Virus record (IMG/VR): IMGVR_UViG_3300046777_001606
Location: 32,001-96,000 of that record
Length of the DNA stretch: 64,000 bases
Source of the DNA: a virus
Reading direction: 5' to 3' (one strand)
Shown here: piece after piece, positions 16,301-25,901 of the stretch
Layout of the letters: every line of letters begins with the position of its first letter
Numbering within the stretch: position 1 is the stretch's first letter
Translations under genes and position numbers: made by a program
The notes under the pieces: model-generated
What the model was told of the DNA's origin: nothing
The model's database searches: none
What the model saw: only the letters and a program-made list of their open reading frames with translations

Positions 16301-19300
16301 GTAAACAGTTATCCAGAAAGTTCATATAATATGGATATTCCATATTATGAAAACAATAGAGTAACTGATTATATTGATATAAGACCAAGAGTAGATGTTT
16401 ATAATCCATCAACAGCAACATTGTCTCCATTTGAATTTTCAACAAGAAGATTTGACGGAGCAGGAACATATTCAAAATATATTCTTGCACCTGATGAGAA
16501 TTTAAGTCTCAGTTATTCTTATTACCTGGGAAGAATTGATAGGTTGCTTTTGAATCCAGATGGAACATTTGAAGTTGCACAGGGAATTCCTGCAGATGAT
16601 CCAATTCCACCACTATTAAAGGCAAATACATTAGATATTGCGAAGATTAATATTCCACCATACTTGTTTAATATTAAAAACGCACAAGTAGACATGTCTG
16701 TACATAAGAGATACAGAATGTCTGATATTTCAATTCTTGAAGATAGAATTAGAAGAGTAGAAGAATATACGACGCTTTCTATGTTAGAAAGCAAAACAGA
16801 GAATTTAAAAATTAAAGATGCAGCTACGGGATTAGATAGATTTAAGTCAGGATTTTTTGTTGATAATTTTAGCACTCACGATTATCTCGATTTGAAAAAT
16901 ATCTTATTTAGATCTTCTATTGATAAGAGTACAAATACTTTAAGACCAACAAATTATACATCTTCTTTAGATTTACAACTTGGATCAGAAGCTATTCTTG
17001 GAGTAACGACTTCATTTTCGTCAACAGCTGATCATGGATTTGTTTCAGACTTGGGTTCAATTGGAGTCAAAAAAACAGGAGATCTTGTAACTCTAGCATA
17101 TACTGAAAAATTATATTTCCAACAAATATATGCAACAAGAACCGAAAATGTTACGCCTTTCTTAGTCAAATATTGGACCGGAGCCATTACATTAAATCCA
17201 CCAATGGATAACTGGGTAGATGAAGCTGCAGTTAGATCGACTAGTTTTAGAGAAGTAACAGAAATTACTCCACTTCCAGACATTAATATAACAAATGTAA
17301 ACAACATCACAGAAAATAGAGATGTATTTATCGATAATACTAATTTAACAGTTAATCCATCAGCGTCTTTTGATTGGATTGGAAATGCTAACACCTTAAT
17401 TCAACAAAGGGTAGGAAGCGGTAGAGTCTCAATTAATACGAGTGCAAGCAATATTCGCTTAGAAATTAGAGGGCGTATTAATGGAGCAGAAGCAGAATTT
17501 GTACGTAGAGTTCTTCCACCAGATGCCGCTAGAGATTTTATTAATAGATCTAGTAGCAATGGTATTGCATTTATCAATTTTAATCCAAGAAGAGGTCAAT
17601 TTACAAATATTAGAGAAACAACAAATGTATCTACATCTGTAAATACAACCTCAAATACTGTTACTACGGTTATTCCACCGGTTGTAACAACAAATGATGT
17701 CATTACGGAATCAGTATCGCATTATACTCAAATAATAAGATTTTTAAGAAGTAGAAATATTGAATTTGATGTTAAAGGATTAAAACAAAGAACGATTTTT
17801 TATCCATTCTTTGATTCAATAGACATATCAAGATATATCACACCAAAACTTCTAGAGATAAGAATGGTATCTGGTAAATTTGTTGCTGGAGAAACAGTAG
17901 AAAGTGATCCATTATTCACAAGAAGAAAAGCCAGATTTAGATTGTGTAGTCCAAATCATGAATATGGTCCATCGACAAATCCAACAAGTACTTTTGCATT
18001 AAATCCTTATGATCAACAGGTTTTCCCATCAAATTATACTGAGTCTTCAACTGTACTTAATGTAGATACCCACTCATTACAACTTCCATCAGAAACCGAA
18101 TTCTATGGATGTGTTGATGTTAATATGCCTTTGATAGGACAATCATCTGGAGCAAGAGCTGTTGTAACAAGAGTAAGACTACTTTCATCAAATAATGGAA
18201 GATTAGTCGGATCATTCTTTGTTCCTGATCCAAATTCTCCAGGTAATCCACAATTTATTAATGGGACAAATACATTTACATTAATTGACACTCCGACACT
18301 AAATCCTGCTGCTACTGCAGCTGGAACAGAAGTTGTTTCCTCTGAAAGTAGTGCTGAAGAAGACTTTACTTCTAGTGGACAACTTAATATAACTGAAACT
18401 AATGTATTAACTACAAGAAATATTAGAATTACTCCAGCTAGAAATGTTAACACAACAACGATAACAAACACTACAACAAACACTACAACAAGAACTAGAG
18501 CTGGAACACAAATATCTCCAGTATGGGAGGTTTGGGACCCGCTCGCACAATCATTCTATGTTCCCGATGAAAGTGGAATATTCTTAACTTCTGTAGAGGT
18601 TTTCTTTGAAACTAAGGATAATAATGGAATCCCCGTAACATTACAAATTAGACCAATGGTTAATGGTCTTCCAAGTGATATGGTTGTTCCATTTTCTGAA
18701 GTAACCCTGACTCCAGATCAAATAAGACTTTCTGGAAATGGAACTGTAGCTACTAAATTTACTTTCCCAAGTCCGGTATACTTATCGGGACCTCAACAAC
18801 AGGAGATAAGACAAGCTCCTATTGGTAGTCAACAATCTTCCCAATTCTGTGTAGTTTTATTATCTCTTAGTGCAGAATATAGAGTCTTTATTGCTAGACT
18901 TACAGAAAATGATATTATTAGTGGTGTTAAGATAACTAAACAACCAACTCTTGGAAGTCTGTTTAAATCGCAAAATGGATCTACGTGGTCTCCAAGTCAA
19001 CTAGAAGATTTGAAATATAATTTATACAGAGCAGAATTTGTAAATGAAGGTCTCCTCAGATTCTATAATCCAAAATTATCTGCTAAAAATAAAAAAGTTA
19101 CTGTTTTACCAGCAAATGGTGTTGTTCCATTATCCAAAAAAATTATTGTTGGATTAGGATCCACTGGATATAGTGCAACAAATATAGTTCCAGGAGTAAC
19201 TTTGATTCAGGGATCTGCAACGGGAACTTTAACTGCTATTGGCGGAAGTATTACCGCAGGAACAGGAGTAACAGTTACAAATCCAGGGACTGGATATACA

Positions 19301-21007
19301 AATGGAACTTTTACAGGTGTTACTTTAACTACAGAAACTGGTTTTGGAAAAGATGCAACAGCAGATATTGTTGTATCTTCGAATCAAATTTCTAGTGTTA
19401 CTATCATTAATGGTGGTTCTGGATATGCAATTGGAGATTCATTACTTGTTCCAGATATAGGACAAAATGTTGGTTTTGGTGGAAGAGTTGTTGTTACAGC
19501 AATTACATCCAACAATTCATTTGTAATATCAGACGTTCAAGGCAAATTTACTTCTGGAGTATCAACTACACTCAGCTACATTACTTCAACTGGAGTTACA
19601 ACATCGATTGGCGCTGGAGTTACTATTAGTAGTATAGTAGAAGATCAATATAATGATGGTCTTCATATGAAGGTTTATCAACCAAATCATGCAATGCATT
19701 CTACTCAAAATTATGTAACTATTAGTAAAGTTAGACCATCAAGTGATGCAACAAGAACAACATTAACATCTACATTAAGTGCTTCAGAGCTTACAACAAT
19801 TAATGTTGCATCTTCTTCAGGATTTGGTACTTTTGAAGGCAAACCAATTAGTGGATCAAATATTGGTTATGCAATAATTGGTGAAGAAATTATATCATAC
19901 GTTACAGTTTCTACTGGAGTAATTTCTATTCTTGCGCGAGGAATTGACGGAACCAAGTCAATTTCATATCCTTCAGGAACTCCAGTAAGAAAATATGAAT
20001 TTAATGGCGTATCACTAAGAAGAATTAATAAAAATCATACTTTAGCATTAGTAGATAATCTTACAAAACATCCAATTGATGTTAATAGTTATTTTATTAA
20101 GATTGATATGACTTCTTCTGGTGCAGATAGATCAAATGATTTATATTTCAAATCTACAGAATCTATGGGTAATCCGGGTATTAATTTATCCCAAAATCTT
20201 CAGTTCGAAGCACTGACTCCAAATATTAAGCATATTGTTGCTCCAGGAACGAATATAACCGCACGAGTTAGAACATTTTCTGGAACAAGTGTTAGTGGAG
20301 ATGAAGTTTCGTTTGTAGATCAAGGATTTGAAAATATTTCTCTAACGAATGCAAATTACTTTAAAACTCCAAGAATCGTTTGTTCTGCAATAAATGAGTC
20401 TACATTTATCAATGAAGCTCCTGGAAATAGATCTTTAACTTTAGAAACACTATTAACATCAAATGATTCTAGAGTATCTCCAGTTATTGATCTTATGGGA
20501 GCTTCGGTAATTCTAACCACTAACATTTTAAATGCTCCTGTCTCAGATTGGGCTAATGACGAGCGAGTTAGAGATCCTCTGTCTGATCCACATGCTGCTA
20601 TTTACATTTCCAAAACAGTAAAACTGTCGATTCCAGCAAATTCCCTAAAAGTCATGTTGGCGGCAAAGCGAAGATCGCATAATGATGTAAGAGTTTATTA
20701 TCAGCTCGTTAGAGATGATAGTGCAGATACCGCATCTAATTGGGAACCATTCCCTGGATATTCAAACTTTAGGGTTGATGGAATTGGAATCAAGAGAGTT
20801 ATTGATGCATCCAAAAATGATGGATCTGCAGATGTGAGGGTTTCTATTGATGATAATTCAGCAACTCAAGATTTTGAATATACTGTCGATGATCTTCCAC
20901 CATTCACAGGATTTGCAATTAAAATTATTTTATCAGGTACTAATCAAGCTGAACCCCCTATTATTTCCGATTTAAGAGCAATCGCAACGGTAAAACCAAA
21001 TTCGTAA
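13364..21007 (+). CDS. Large virion structural protein, VrlC/DUF4815-like
   Basis: NLNVSPYFDDF...VLFKPGYPVQARELTTLQS, APGADRFK, RFKSGFFVDNF, DPLAQSF and GSLFKSQNGSTW motifs; follows gp8 as in cyanomyoviruses. Confidence 0.8.
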   Translation: MPQKTNLNVSPYFDDFDPRDNYYKVLFKPGYPVQARELTTLQSILLNQSESFGKHIFKEGSVVIPGQVRYDNPIYAVEIESEFNGIPISLYFDEMLNKTVIGADSGVKATIFYLLKNTESERGNYTIYVKYISAGGTDFTNKKFFDNENLILDTDLTYSGITIPSGQEFVKTIQTNATSEGSSATVADGVYFIRGIFANVNTQTILLDQYGTSPSYRVGFTVVESIVTSDDDPDLYDNAQGFSNFSAPGADRFKLDLIFSKKEITDTDTDSFVEILRVTNGVPEYLNLNPQYNILREEIARRVYDQSGDFFVKPFTLYLRDSLNNRTTTDGLYYDDQITINGNKPSDNLMIYEIGPGKAYVNGFDIETRSKRFLDVEKPRTTNTIQANNVTYNAGLLFPVNNGYGAPPIGLGTDVTLSLMNSRKNSDPSVAAGTTIGLARIYDFVPESNYENASSRLSLRLFDVQTYTVIGLTTSITQSTPAVIKGSRSKATGYLRSSVTGSSSLTLYDVSGSFIENEAISINGISNGRLIKTVTDYDISDVRSVYGKVGTTTFTADTILENKQLIAPAGSTFQITARFSGISTVSCGLNTTFINSVKVNDIITYSSPNPTSVPIYNRVASIGAGGTFFTIAGLTTVSGICDGTLPASSVTVSNITKLYGSVYNQSDASLLTLLPQSVISNISLENNILRQRIDFKTVTITASSLTIQITEPDLYFESFDEDRFVISYSDGTIEPLRRDKYSLDVTGKILTFNGLSKTTGTANVIATVKNLKPNSKNKKFNKVSTLVIDRSRLTSSGIGSTTLNDGLTYSQVYGTRVQDEDICLNVPDVVRVLAVYESDSTSDPSIPKLELSSFTGQTNSTADFNLGEELLGKTSGSVALVVNKVNATNIEVVYLNAFEFVEGEEIVSKETAVTAKITTKYTVSKNITQNYNFDNGQRATLYDYGRIIRKTNVAAPTKKIEIIFQYYSIDSNDTGEFITVNSYPESSYNMDIPYYENNRVTDYIDIRPRVDVYNPSTATLSPFEFSTRRFDGAGTYSKYILAPDENLSLSYSYYLGRIDRLLLNPDGTFEVAQGIPADDPIPPLLKANTLDIAKINIPPYLFNIKNAQVDMSVHKRYRMSDISILEDRIRRVEEYTTLSMLESKTENLKIKDAATGLDRFKSGFFVDNFSTHDYLDLKNILFRSSIDKSTNTLRPTNYTSSLDLQLGSEAILGVTTSFSSTADHGFVSDLGSIGVKKTGDLVTLAYTEKLYFQQIYATRTENVTPFLVKYWTGAITLNPPMDNWVDEAAVRSTSFREVTEITPLPDINITNVNNITENRDVFIDNTNLTVNPSASFDWIGNANTLIQQRVGSGRVSINTSASNIRLEIRGRINGAEAEFVRRVLPPDAARDFINRSSSNGIAFINFNPRRGQFTNIRETTNVSTSVNTTSNTVTTVIPPVVTTNDVITESVSHYTQIIRFLRSRNIEFDVKGLKQRTIFYPFFDSIDISRYITPKLLEIRMVSGKFVAGETVESDPLFTRRKARFRLCSPNHEYGPSTNPTSTFALNPYDQQVFPSNYTESSTVLNVDTHSLQLPSETEFYGCVDVNMPLIGQSSGARAVVTRVRLLSSNNGRLVGSFFVPDPNSPGNPQFINGTNTFTLIDTPTLNPAATAAGTEVVSSESSAEEDFTSSGQLNITETNVLTTRNIRITPARNVNTTTITNTTTNTTTRTRAGTQISPVWEVWDPLAQSFYVPDESGIFLTSVEVFFETKDNNGIPVTLQIRPMVNGLPSDMVVPFSEVTLTPDQIRLSGNGTVATKFTFPSPVYLSGPQQQEIRQAPIGSQQSSQFCVVLLSLSAEYRVFIARLTENDIISGVKITKQPTLGSLFKSQNGSTWSPSQLEDLKYNLYRAEFVNEGLLRFYNPKLSAKNKKVTVLPANGVVPLSKKIIVGLGSTGYSATNIVPGVTLIQGSATGTLTAIGGSITAGTGVTVTNPGTGYTNGTFTGVTLTTETGFGKDATADIVVSSNQISSVTIINGGSGYAIGDSLLVPDIGQNVGFGGRVVVTAITSNNSFVISDVQGKFTSGVSTTLSYITSTGVTTSIGAGVTISSIVEDQYNDGLHMKVYQPNHAMHSTQNYVTISKVRPSSDATRTTLTSTLSASELTTINVASSSGFGTFEGKPISGSNIGYAIIGEEIISYVTVSTGVISILARGIDGTKSISYPSGTPVRKYEFNGVSLRRINKNHTLALVDNLTKHPIDVNSYFIKIDMTSSGADRSNDLYFKSTESMGNPGINLSQNLQFEALTPNIKHIVAPGTNITARVRTFSGTSVSGDEVSFVDQGFENISLTNANYFKTPRIVCSAINESTFINEAPGNRSLTLETLLTSNDSRVSPVIDLMGASVILTTNILNAPVSDWANDERVRDPLSDPHAAIYISKTVKLSIPANSLKVMLAAKRRSHNDVRVYYQLVRDDSADTASNWEPFPGYSNFRVDGIGIKRVIDASKNDGSADVRVSIDDNSATQDFEYTVDDLPPFTGFAIKIILSGTNQAEPPIISDLRAIATVKPNS

Positions 21008-21008
21008 C

Positions 21009-21230
21009 ATGGACAATTATATAAAAGTAAAAGATAGAGAAAAACTAGCAAGAGATAGAGAATCAAATGCAATAGTTAATCTTGATTATGATGATTACGC
21101 TGCTTATGTTGAAAACTACAATAGAGTTCTTTCTGAGAAACAACGAATACAAAATTTAGAATCAAATGTTGCTAATATGCAAAATGATCTAAATGAAATA
21201 AAAGATCTTTTGAGGAGATTAACAAAATGA
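21009..21230 (+). CDS. Small conserved coiled-coil hypothetical protein
   Basis: 73 aa with L.RD..SNAI.N and a C-terminal heptad pattern; tightly packed between the VrlC-like gene and the next ORF. Confidence 0.7.
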   Translation: MDNYIKVKDREKLARDRESNAIVNLDYDDYAAYVENYNRVLSEKQRIQNLESNVANMQNDLNEIKDLLRRLTK

Positions 21231-21391
21231 ACCCAGATGATATAACTTTGGATAATATGACTAAATTATTTGAATATGAAAAAATTTCTAGAGAGATAGA
21301 TAGTATAGATGATATTGAAAAATTAAAAATAGTGACCAAATCATATGTTAAATTATTTTTTAAGCATCAAGAAGTAGTTGCTAACCTGTAG
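21227..21391 (+). CDS. 54-aa NblA-like helix-loop-helix protein (not in ORF track)
   Basis: Hand translation: MNPDDITLDNMTKLFEYEKISREIDSIDDIEKLKIVTKSYVKLFFKHQEVVANL. ATGA overlap with the upstream stop, GAGGAG at 21212-21217, and it ends 5 nt before gp13. The ORF is solid; NblA similarity is by eye. Confidence 0.6.
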   Translation: MNPDDITLDNMTKLFEYEKISREIDSIDDIEKLKIVTKSYVKLFFKHQEVVANL

Positions 21392-21396
21392 AGAAA

Positions 21397-22251
21397 ATGG
21401 CTCAACCATCCACAAGACAAGAATTAATTGATTATTGCAAAAGAAAACTGGGTTATCCAGTTTTAGAAATCAACGTTGCAGATGAGCAAATTGATGATTT
21501 AGTGGATGATGCTATACAATTTTTTCAGGAAAGGCATTTTGATGGCGTTTATCAAACATATTTTAAATATAAAATAACTCAAAATGATATTGATAGGGGG
21601 AGATCACCAGGTCCAAAAGGAGCAGAATCTCAAGTAGGAATAGCAACTACATCAGCAACTGCAAATATTGTTGGCACTGCGACAACATTTACTTACTATG
21701 AATCTAGTAATTATTTGCAAGTTCCTCCGAATGTTATTGGTGTAAATAAAATATTCCATTTTGATGGAACAAATTCCATTACACATAACATGTTTAGCGT
21801 TAAATATCAATTATTTTTAAATGATATTTATTATTGGGGAACGACTGAGTTATTAAGTTATGCGATGGTTAAAACATATCTTGAGGATATTGATTGGCTT
21901 CTAACCACCCAAAAACAAATACGTTTTAATAAAAGACAGGATAGATTGTACTTAGATATTGACTGGGGTAGTGTATCTAAGGATAATTATTTTGTAATTG
22001 ATTGCTATTCAACATTGGATCCAAACGATTATTCTAGAGTTTGGAATGATTCATTTTTAAAACCATATCTAACAGCATTGATTAAGCGCCAATGGGGGCA
22101 AAACTTGATTAAATTCCAGGGAGTAAAACTACCTGGTGGCGTAGAATTAAATGGAAGACAACTTTATGATGATGGGCAAAGAGAATTGGATATGATTTTA
22201 GAAAAGATGTCTTCGACATACGAATTACCACCATTAGATATGATCGGATAA
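21397..22251 (+). CDS. gp13: Neck protein gp13
   Basis: RQELIDYCKRKLGYPVLEINV and KRQWGQNLIKFQGVKLPGGVELNG. Confidence 0.92.
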   Translation: MAQPSTRQELIDYCKRKLGYPVLEINVADEQIDDLVDDAIQFFQERHFDGVYQTYFKYKITQNDIDRGRSPGPKGAESQVGIATTSATANIVGTATTFTYYESSNYLQVPPNVIGVNKIFHFDGTNSITHNMFSVKYQLFLNDIYYWGTTELLSYAMVKTYLEDIDWLLTTQKQIRFNKRQDRLYLDIDWGSVSKDNYFVIDCYSTLDPNDYSRVWNDSFLKPYLTALIKRQWGQNLIKFQGVKLPGGVELNGRQLYDDGQRELDMILEKMSSTYELPPLDMIG

Positions 22252-22255
22252 TAAA

Positions 22256-23665
22256 ATGCTTAATCCATTTTTTCTTCAAGGATCTCAATCGGAACAAGGT
22301 TTAATTCAGGACCTTGTAAATGAGCAATTGAGAATGTATGGAGTTGAAGTTTATTATATACCAAGAAAAATAGCAACAATATCTAAGGTAATTAGAGAGG
22401 TTATACGATCAAAATTTGATAGTGCATATCCAATCGAAGCTTATGTAGAAAATTATGATGGGTATGATGGATCAACAACAATATTATCAAAGTTTGGTAT
22501 TCAGGCAACAAATGAATTAACATTGATTATATCAAGAGAAAGATTTGAGTATTACATTACACCATTAATTGAAGGTTTTGCTGATGTTTTGATATCAACA
22601 AGACCAAAAGAGGGAGATCTAATTTATTTTCCTTTGGGAGATAGAGTATTTGAAATTAAATTTGTTGAGCACGAAAAACCATTCTATCAATTACAAAAAA
22701 ACTATGTTTATGAGTTGAGGTGCGAGCTATTTCAATATGAAGATGAAGATATTTCTACTGGTATTTCTGAAATTGATGATACAACTAGTGCAATAGGATC
22801 TGAAGGGTATACTGAAATATTAAATTTAATTGGTGTAGGTATTGCATCCACTGCTACAGCGACATCACATATTGTAAGTGGTGGTGTTAGATTAATTCAA
22901 ATAACTAATCGTGGTGAAGGTTATTCTTCAACGCCAATTGTAGCAATTTCTTCCGCCCCAACTGGAGGACTAACAGCATCAGGAATTGCTACAATGATTG
23001 GTGGTATTATTGCATGTGATGGGTCAAAAGATGGGTTAAAAGTTCAAGGAGTTCAAATTACAAACGCTGGTTATGGATATACTGTTGCACCTGGAGTAGC
23101 TTTTATAGGTGGTGGTGGGTCTGGCGTTGCTGCAACAACATATATTGGTAATGGTGTTGTTGGCGTGATTACCGTTACTAATGGCGGTGGTGGGTACTTT
23201 ACTGCACCTACAGTAACATTTAGTGCTCCAACTGGAATTGGATCAACTGTTACAGCTCAAGGTGTAGCAGTTATTAGTGTTGATGGTGTAGTCACATCCA
23301 TTAAACTTACAAATGCTGGTGTTGGATATACACAAACACCAACAATAACAATTTCTGCACCAAATGCAAGTGGAGTTGGATTAGGAACTTACTTGGTTGG
23401 GGAGACTGTAACAGGAAGTGCAAGCAGTGTAACTGCTAGAGTTAAGTCTTGGGATCTAACAACAAATGAGCTCAGGGTTTCCAATTTAACAGGCAAATTT
23501 GTTGCAGGAGAAAATATTGTTGGAAGCGAATCTGGCGCATCTTATAAGTTAAGATTGCTTAACCAAAATGCGGATATTAATCCCTATGCACAAAACTTTG
23601 AAATAGAAACTGAAGGTGATGCTATATTTGATTTTACCGAGTCAAATCCTTTTGGAGACCCTTGA
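22256..23665 (+). CDS. gp14: Neck/head-completion protein gp14 with a Gly-rich beta-repeat insert
   Basis: EQGLIQDLVNEQLRMYG, RPKEGDLIYFP, PFYQLQKNYVYELRCELF and the FDFTESNPFG end. Confidence 0.9.
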   Translation: MLNPFFLQGSQSEQGLIQDLVNEQLRMYGVEVYYIPRKIATISKVIREVIRSKFDSAYPIEAYVENYDGYDGSTTILSKFGIQATNELTLIISRERFEYYITPLIEGFADVLISTRPKEGDLIYFPLGDRVFEIKFVEHEKPFYQLQKNYVYELRCELFQYEDEDISTGISEIDDTTSAIGSEGYTEILNLIGVGIASTATATSHIVSGGVRLIQITNRGEGYSSTPIVAISSAPTGGLTASGIATMIGGIIACDGSKDGLKVQGVQITNAGYGYTVAPGVAFIGGGGSGVAATTYIGNGVVGVITVTNGGGGYFTAPTVTFSAPTGIGSTVTAQGVAVISVDGVVTSIKLTNAGVGYTQTPTITISAPNASGVGLGTYLVGETVTGSASSVTARVKSWDLTTNELRVSNLTGKFVAGENIVGSESGASYKLRLLNQNADINPYAQNFEIETEGDAIFDFTESNPFGDP

Positions 23666-23708
23666 TTCTATTTTTTGTTAAATAGATATACAATACAATT
23701 TTATTAAT

Positions 23709-24713
23709 ATGTTTGAATATTTTTATCACGAAATTTTAAGAAAAACAATCATTTCTTTTGGTAATCTGTTTAATAATATTACTATTAAGCACAAAGATGA
23801 GGATGATGATGTTTTCAGTACGCTAAAAGTTCCTCTAGCGTATGGTCCTACGCAGAAATTTTTAGCTCGCTTAGAGCAGTCTCGTGATTTAAATAAACCA
23901 GTTCAAATTACATTGCCCAGAATGTCTTTTGAATTTGTTGGATTAACATATGATGGGTCCAGGAAAGTTACAACAACTCAATCTTTTATTGCACCAACAA
24001 CAACAGATAAAACAGACATAAGAAGAACATACATGCCTGTTCCATACAATATGGAATTTGAACTTAGCATCATGGCAAAATTAAATGATGATATGCTTCA
24101 AATAGTTGAGCAAATTTTACCGTACTTTCAACCAACTTACAATTTAACGGTTGATCTAGTATCAACAATTGGAGAAAAAAGAGATATTCCTGTGGTATTT
24201 GAAGGAATAACAATGCAAGATGATTATGAGGGGGACTTTAGTACTAGAAGAGTACTAATGTATACTTTACGATTTGTTGCTAAAACATATTTGTTTGGAC
24301 CAATTTCTGGATCTTCTATTTCTTCGGATATTATCAAAAAAGTTTCTATTGGATATGTTTCGGGAGATCTTACAAAGACACCAACAAGAGAACTCACTTA
24401 TACAGTAGAGCCAAGAGCAACAAAAAGTTACACGGGAAATACTGTTACTACTCTTTCTAACGATATTAGCGAAACTACCACTACAATTACAGTAGCCAGT
24501 TCTTCAGGAATTTCTGCAAACTCATATATTGTTATTGATGAAGAAGAAATGCAGGTCATTTCAGTAACTGGAAATAATTTAAAAGTATCCAGGGGTGCTG
24601 ATAATACATCAATATCATCTCATGTATCGGGATCTGGAGTAAAACTCATAACTACTGCAGATAACGATTTAATTGAAGCTGGAGATGATTTTGGATTTAG
24701 CGGATCACTATGA
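23709..24713 (+). CDS. gp15: Tail sheath stabiliser/terminator gp15 with C-terminal extra domain
   Basis: YFYHEILRK, VPLAYGPTQKFLARL, LPRMSFE and QIVEQILPYFQP. Confidence 0.92.
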   Translation: MFEYFYHEILRKTIISFGNLFNNITIKHKDEDDDVFSTLKVPLAYGPTQKFLARLEQSRDLNKPVQITLPRMSFEFVGLTYDGSRKVTTTQSFIAPTTTDKTDIRRTYMPVPYNMEFELSIMAKLNDDMLQIVEQILPYFQPTYNLTVDLVSTIGEKRDIPVVFEGITMQDDYEGDFSTRRVLMYTLRFVAKTYLFGPISGSSISSDIIKKVSIGYVSGDLTKTPTRELTYTVEPRATKSYTGNTVTTLSNDISETTTTITVASSSGISANSYIVIDEEEMQVISVTGNNLKVSRGADNTSISSHVSGSGVKLITTADNDLIEAGDDFGFSGSL

Positions 24714-25162
24714 AAATGACTAAAAAATATAAAAATTTAGATGATTCTTTCAACGTAGAAACTGAGATTGTATTGGAAGAAAAAAATGGGATTGATTTGA
24801 TTCAAAACCAAACACAAAATAATATAAATTTAAATACAAACTCAGATGATATTAAAAAAGATTATGAATATACCAGAGGAAATTTATATTCAATTATAGA
24901 AAAAGGTCAAGAAGCAATTAATGGGGTCTTAGAGTTAGCACAAGAAAGTGAAATGCCTAGAGCATATGAAGTGGTAGGTCAATTAATTAAAAATGTTGCA
25001 GATGCTACAGACAAATTAATGGATCTACAAAAAAAATTAAAAGATATCGAAGAAACAAAAACGCAAAAAGGACCAACAAATGTTACAAATGCATTGTTTG
25101 TTGGATCAACTGCTGAGTTATCAAAATTATTGAAAGATGGATTAAACTCTCAAGATAAATAA
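24710..25162 (+). CDS. gp16: Terminase small subunit gp16
   Basis: DYEYTRGNLY, PRAYEV and NALFVGSTAEL motifs. Confidence 0.92.
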   Translation: MKMTKKYKNLDDSFNVETEIVLEEKNGIDLIQNQTQNNINLNTNSDDIKKDYEYTRGNLYSIIEKGQEAINGVLELAQESEMPRAYEVVGQLIKNVADATDKLMDLQKKLKDIEETKTQKGPTNVTNALFVGSTAELSKLLKDGLNSQDK

Positions 25163-25174
25163 TTAAAAAAACCG

Positions 25175-25510
25175 ATGGCAGTTCCAACAGTAAATATAAC
25201 AATAGAAAAAGGTGCAGATTATGCATCAACTTTTACAATTTCGAATTCGGATGGAACACCATTTGATTTGACAAATCAAAGCGCAGTTGCAAAACTAAAG
25301 AAATTTCCATCCACAACAACATCATATTCTTTTACCCCAAATTTAATCATAGCAACTGGTAAAGTAACTATTTCTATGGGAAATACGGTAACAAATTCCA
25401 TTGAACCTGGTAGATATTATTACGATATAATTTTAACAAATAATATAACATCCAAAAAAGCAAGAGTTATTCAAGGCATGGCTATTGTTACACCATCAAT
25501 TTCTACATAA
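25175..25510 (+). CDS. Small virion structural/adaptor protein (Ig-like)
   Basis: NITIEKGADY...DLT...GRYYYDI...RVIQG pattern; preceded by GATAAATA at 25154-25161. Confidence 0.55.
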   Translation: MAVPTVNITIEKGADYASTFTISNSDGTPFDLTNQSAVAKLKKFPSTTTSYSFTPNLIIATGKVTISMGNTVTNSIEPGRYYYDIILTNNITSKKARVIQGMAIVTPSIST

Positions 25511-25535
25511 ATAATTAATATGGTTTTTAGTCTTT

Positions 25536-25865
25536 ATGGCGGAATATAACGTAAGACTTGATGACCAAGGAGCATTGTTCACCCCAGAACAATATTCAAT
25601 ATCTGTAGCACGAGGAGCTGTGGCAGAAAATCTTTCAAATCTCAATGATGTTTTAGTTTCTGATCTTGGAAATAAAGATCAGTATGTTTTAGTTTATGAT
25701 GCTTCTTTACAAAAATATAAATTAGTAAATCCTGATGTTATTTTAAATTCCGCAGCTTCTACAGAAACGAATCAACCAGGATTAGTTGGTTACGCAACGG
25801 CATTTATTAATAGACTTGATACAGATCTTGATGATAAAATTGATATTGATGCTGGAACTTTTTAA
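25536..25865 (+). CDS. Hypothetical fibre-associated protein ending in DIDAGTF
   Basis: LSNLNDV and VLVYDA fibre-type motifs; late promoter CATAAATA at 25506-25513. Confidence 0.55.
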   Translation: MAEYNVRLDDQGALFTPEQYSISVARGAVAENLSNLNDVLVSDLGNKDQYVLVYDASLQKYKLVNPDVILNSAASTETNQPGLVGYATAFINRLDTDLDDKIDIDAGTF

Positions 25866-25901
25866 AACTAAATATTAATAACGGAATATAGAGAAAGGAA
25901 A

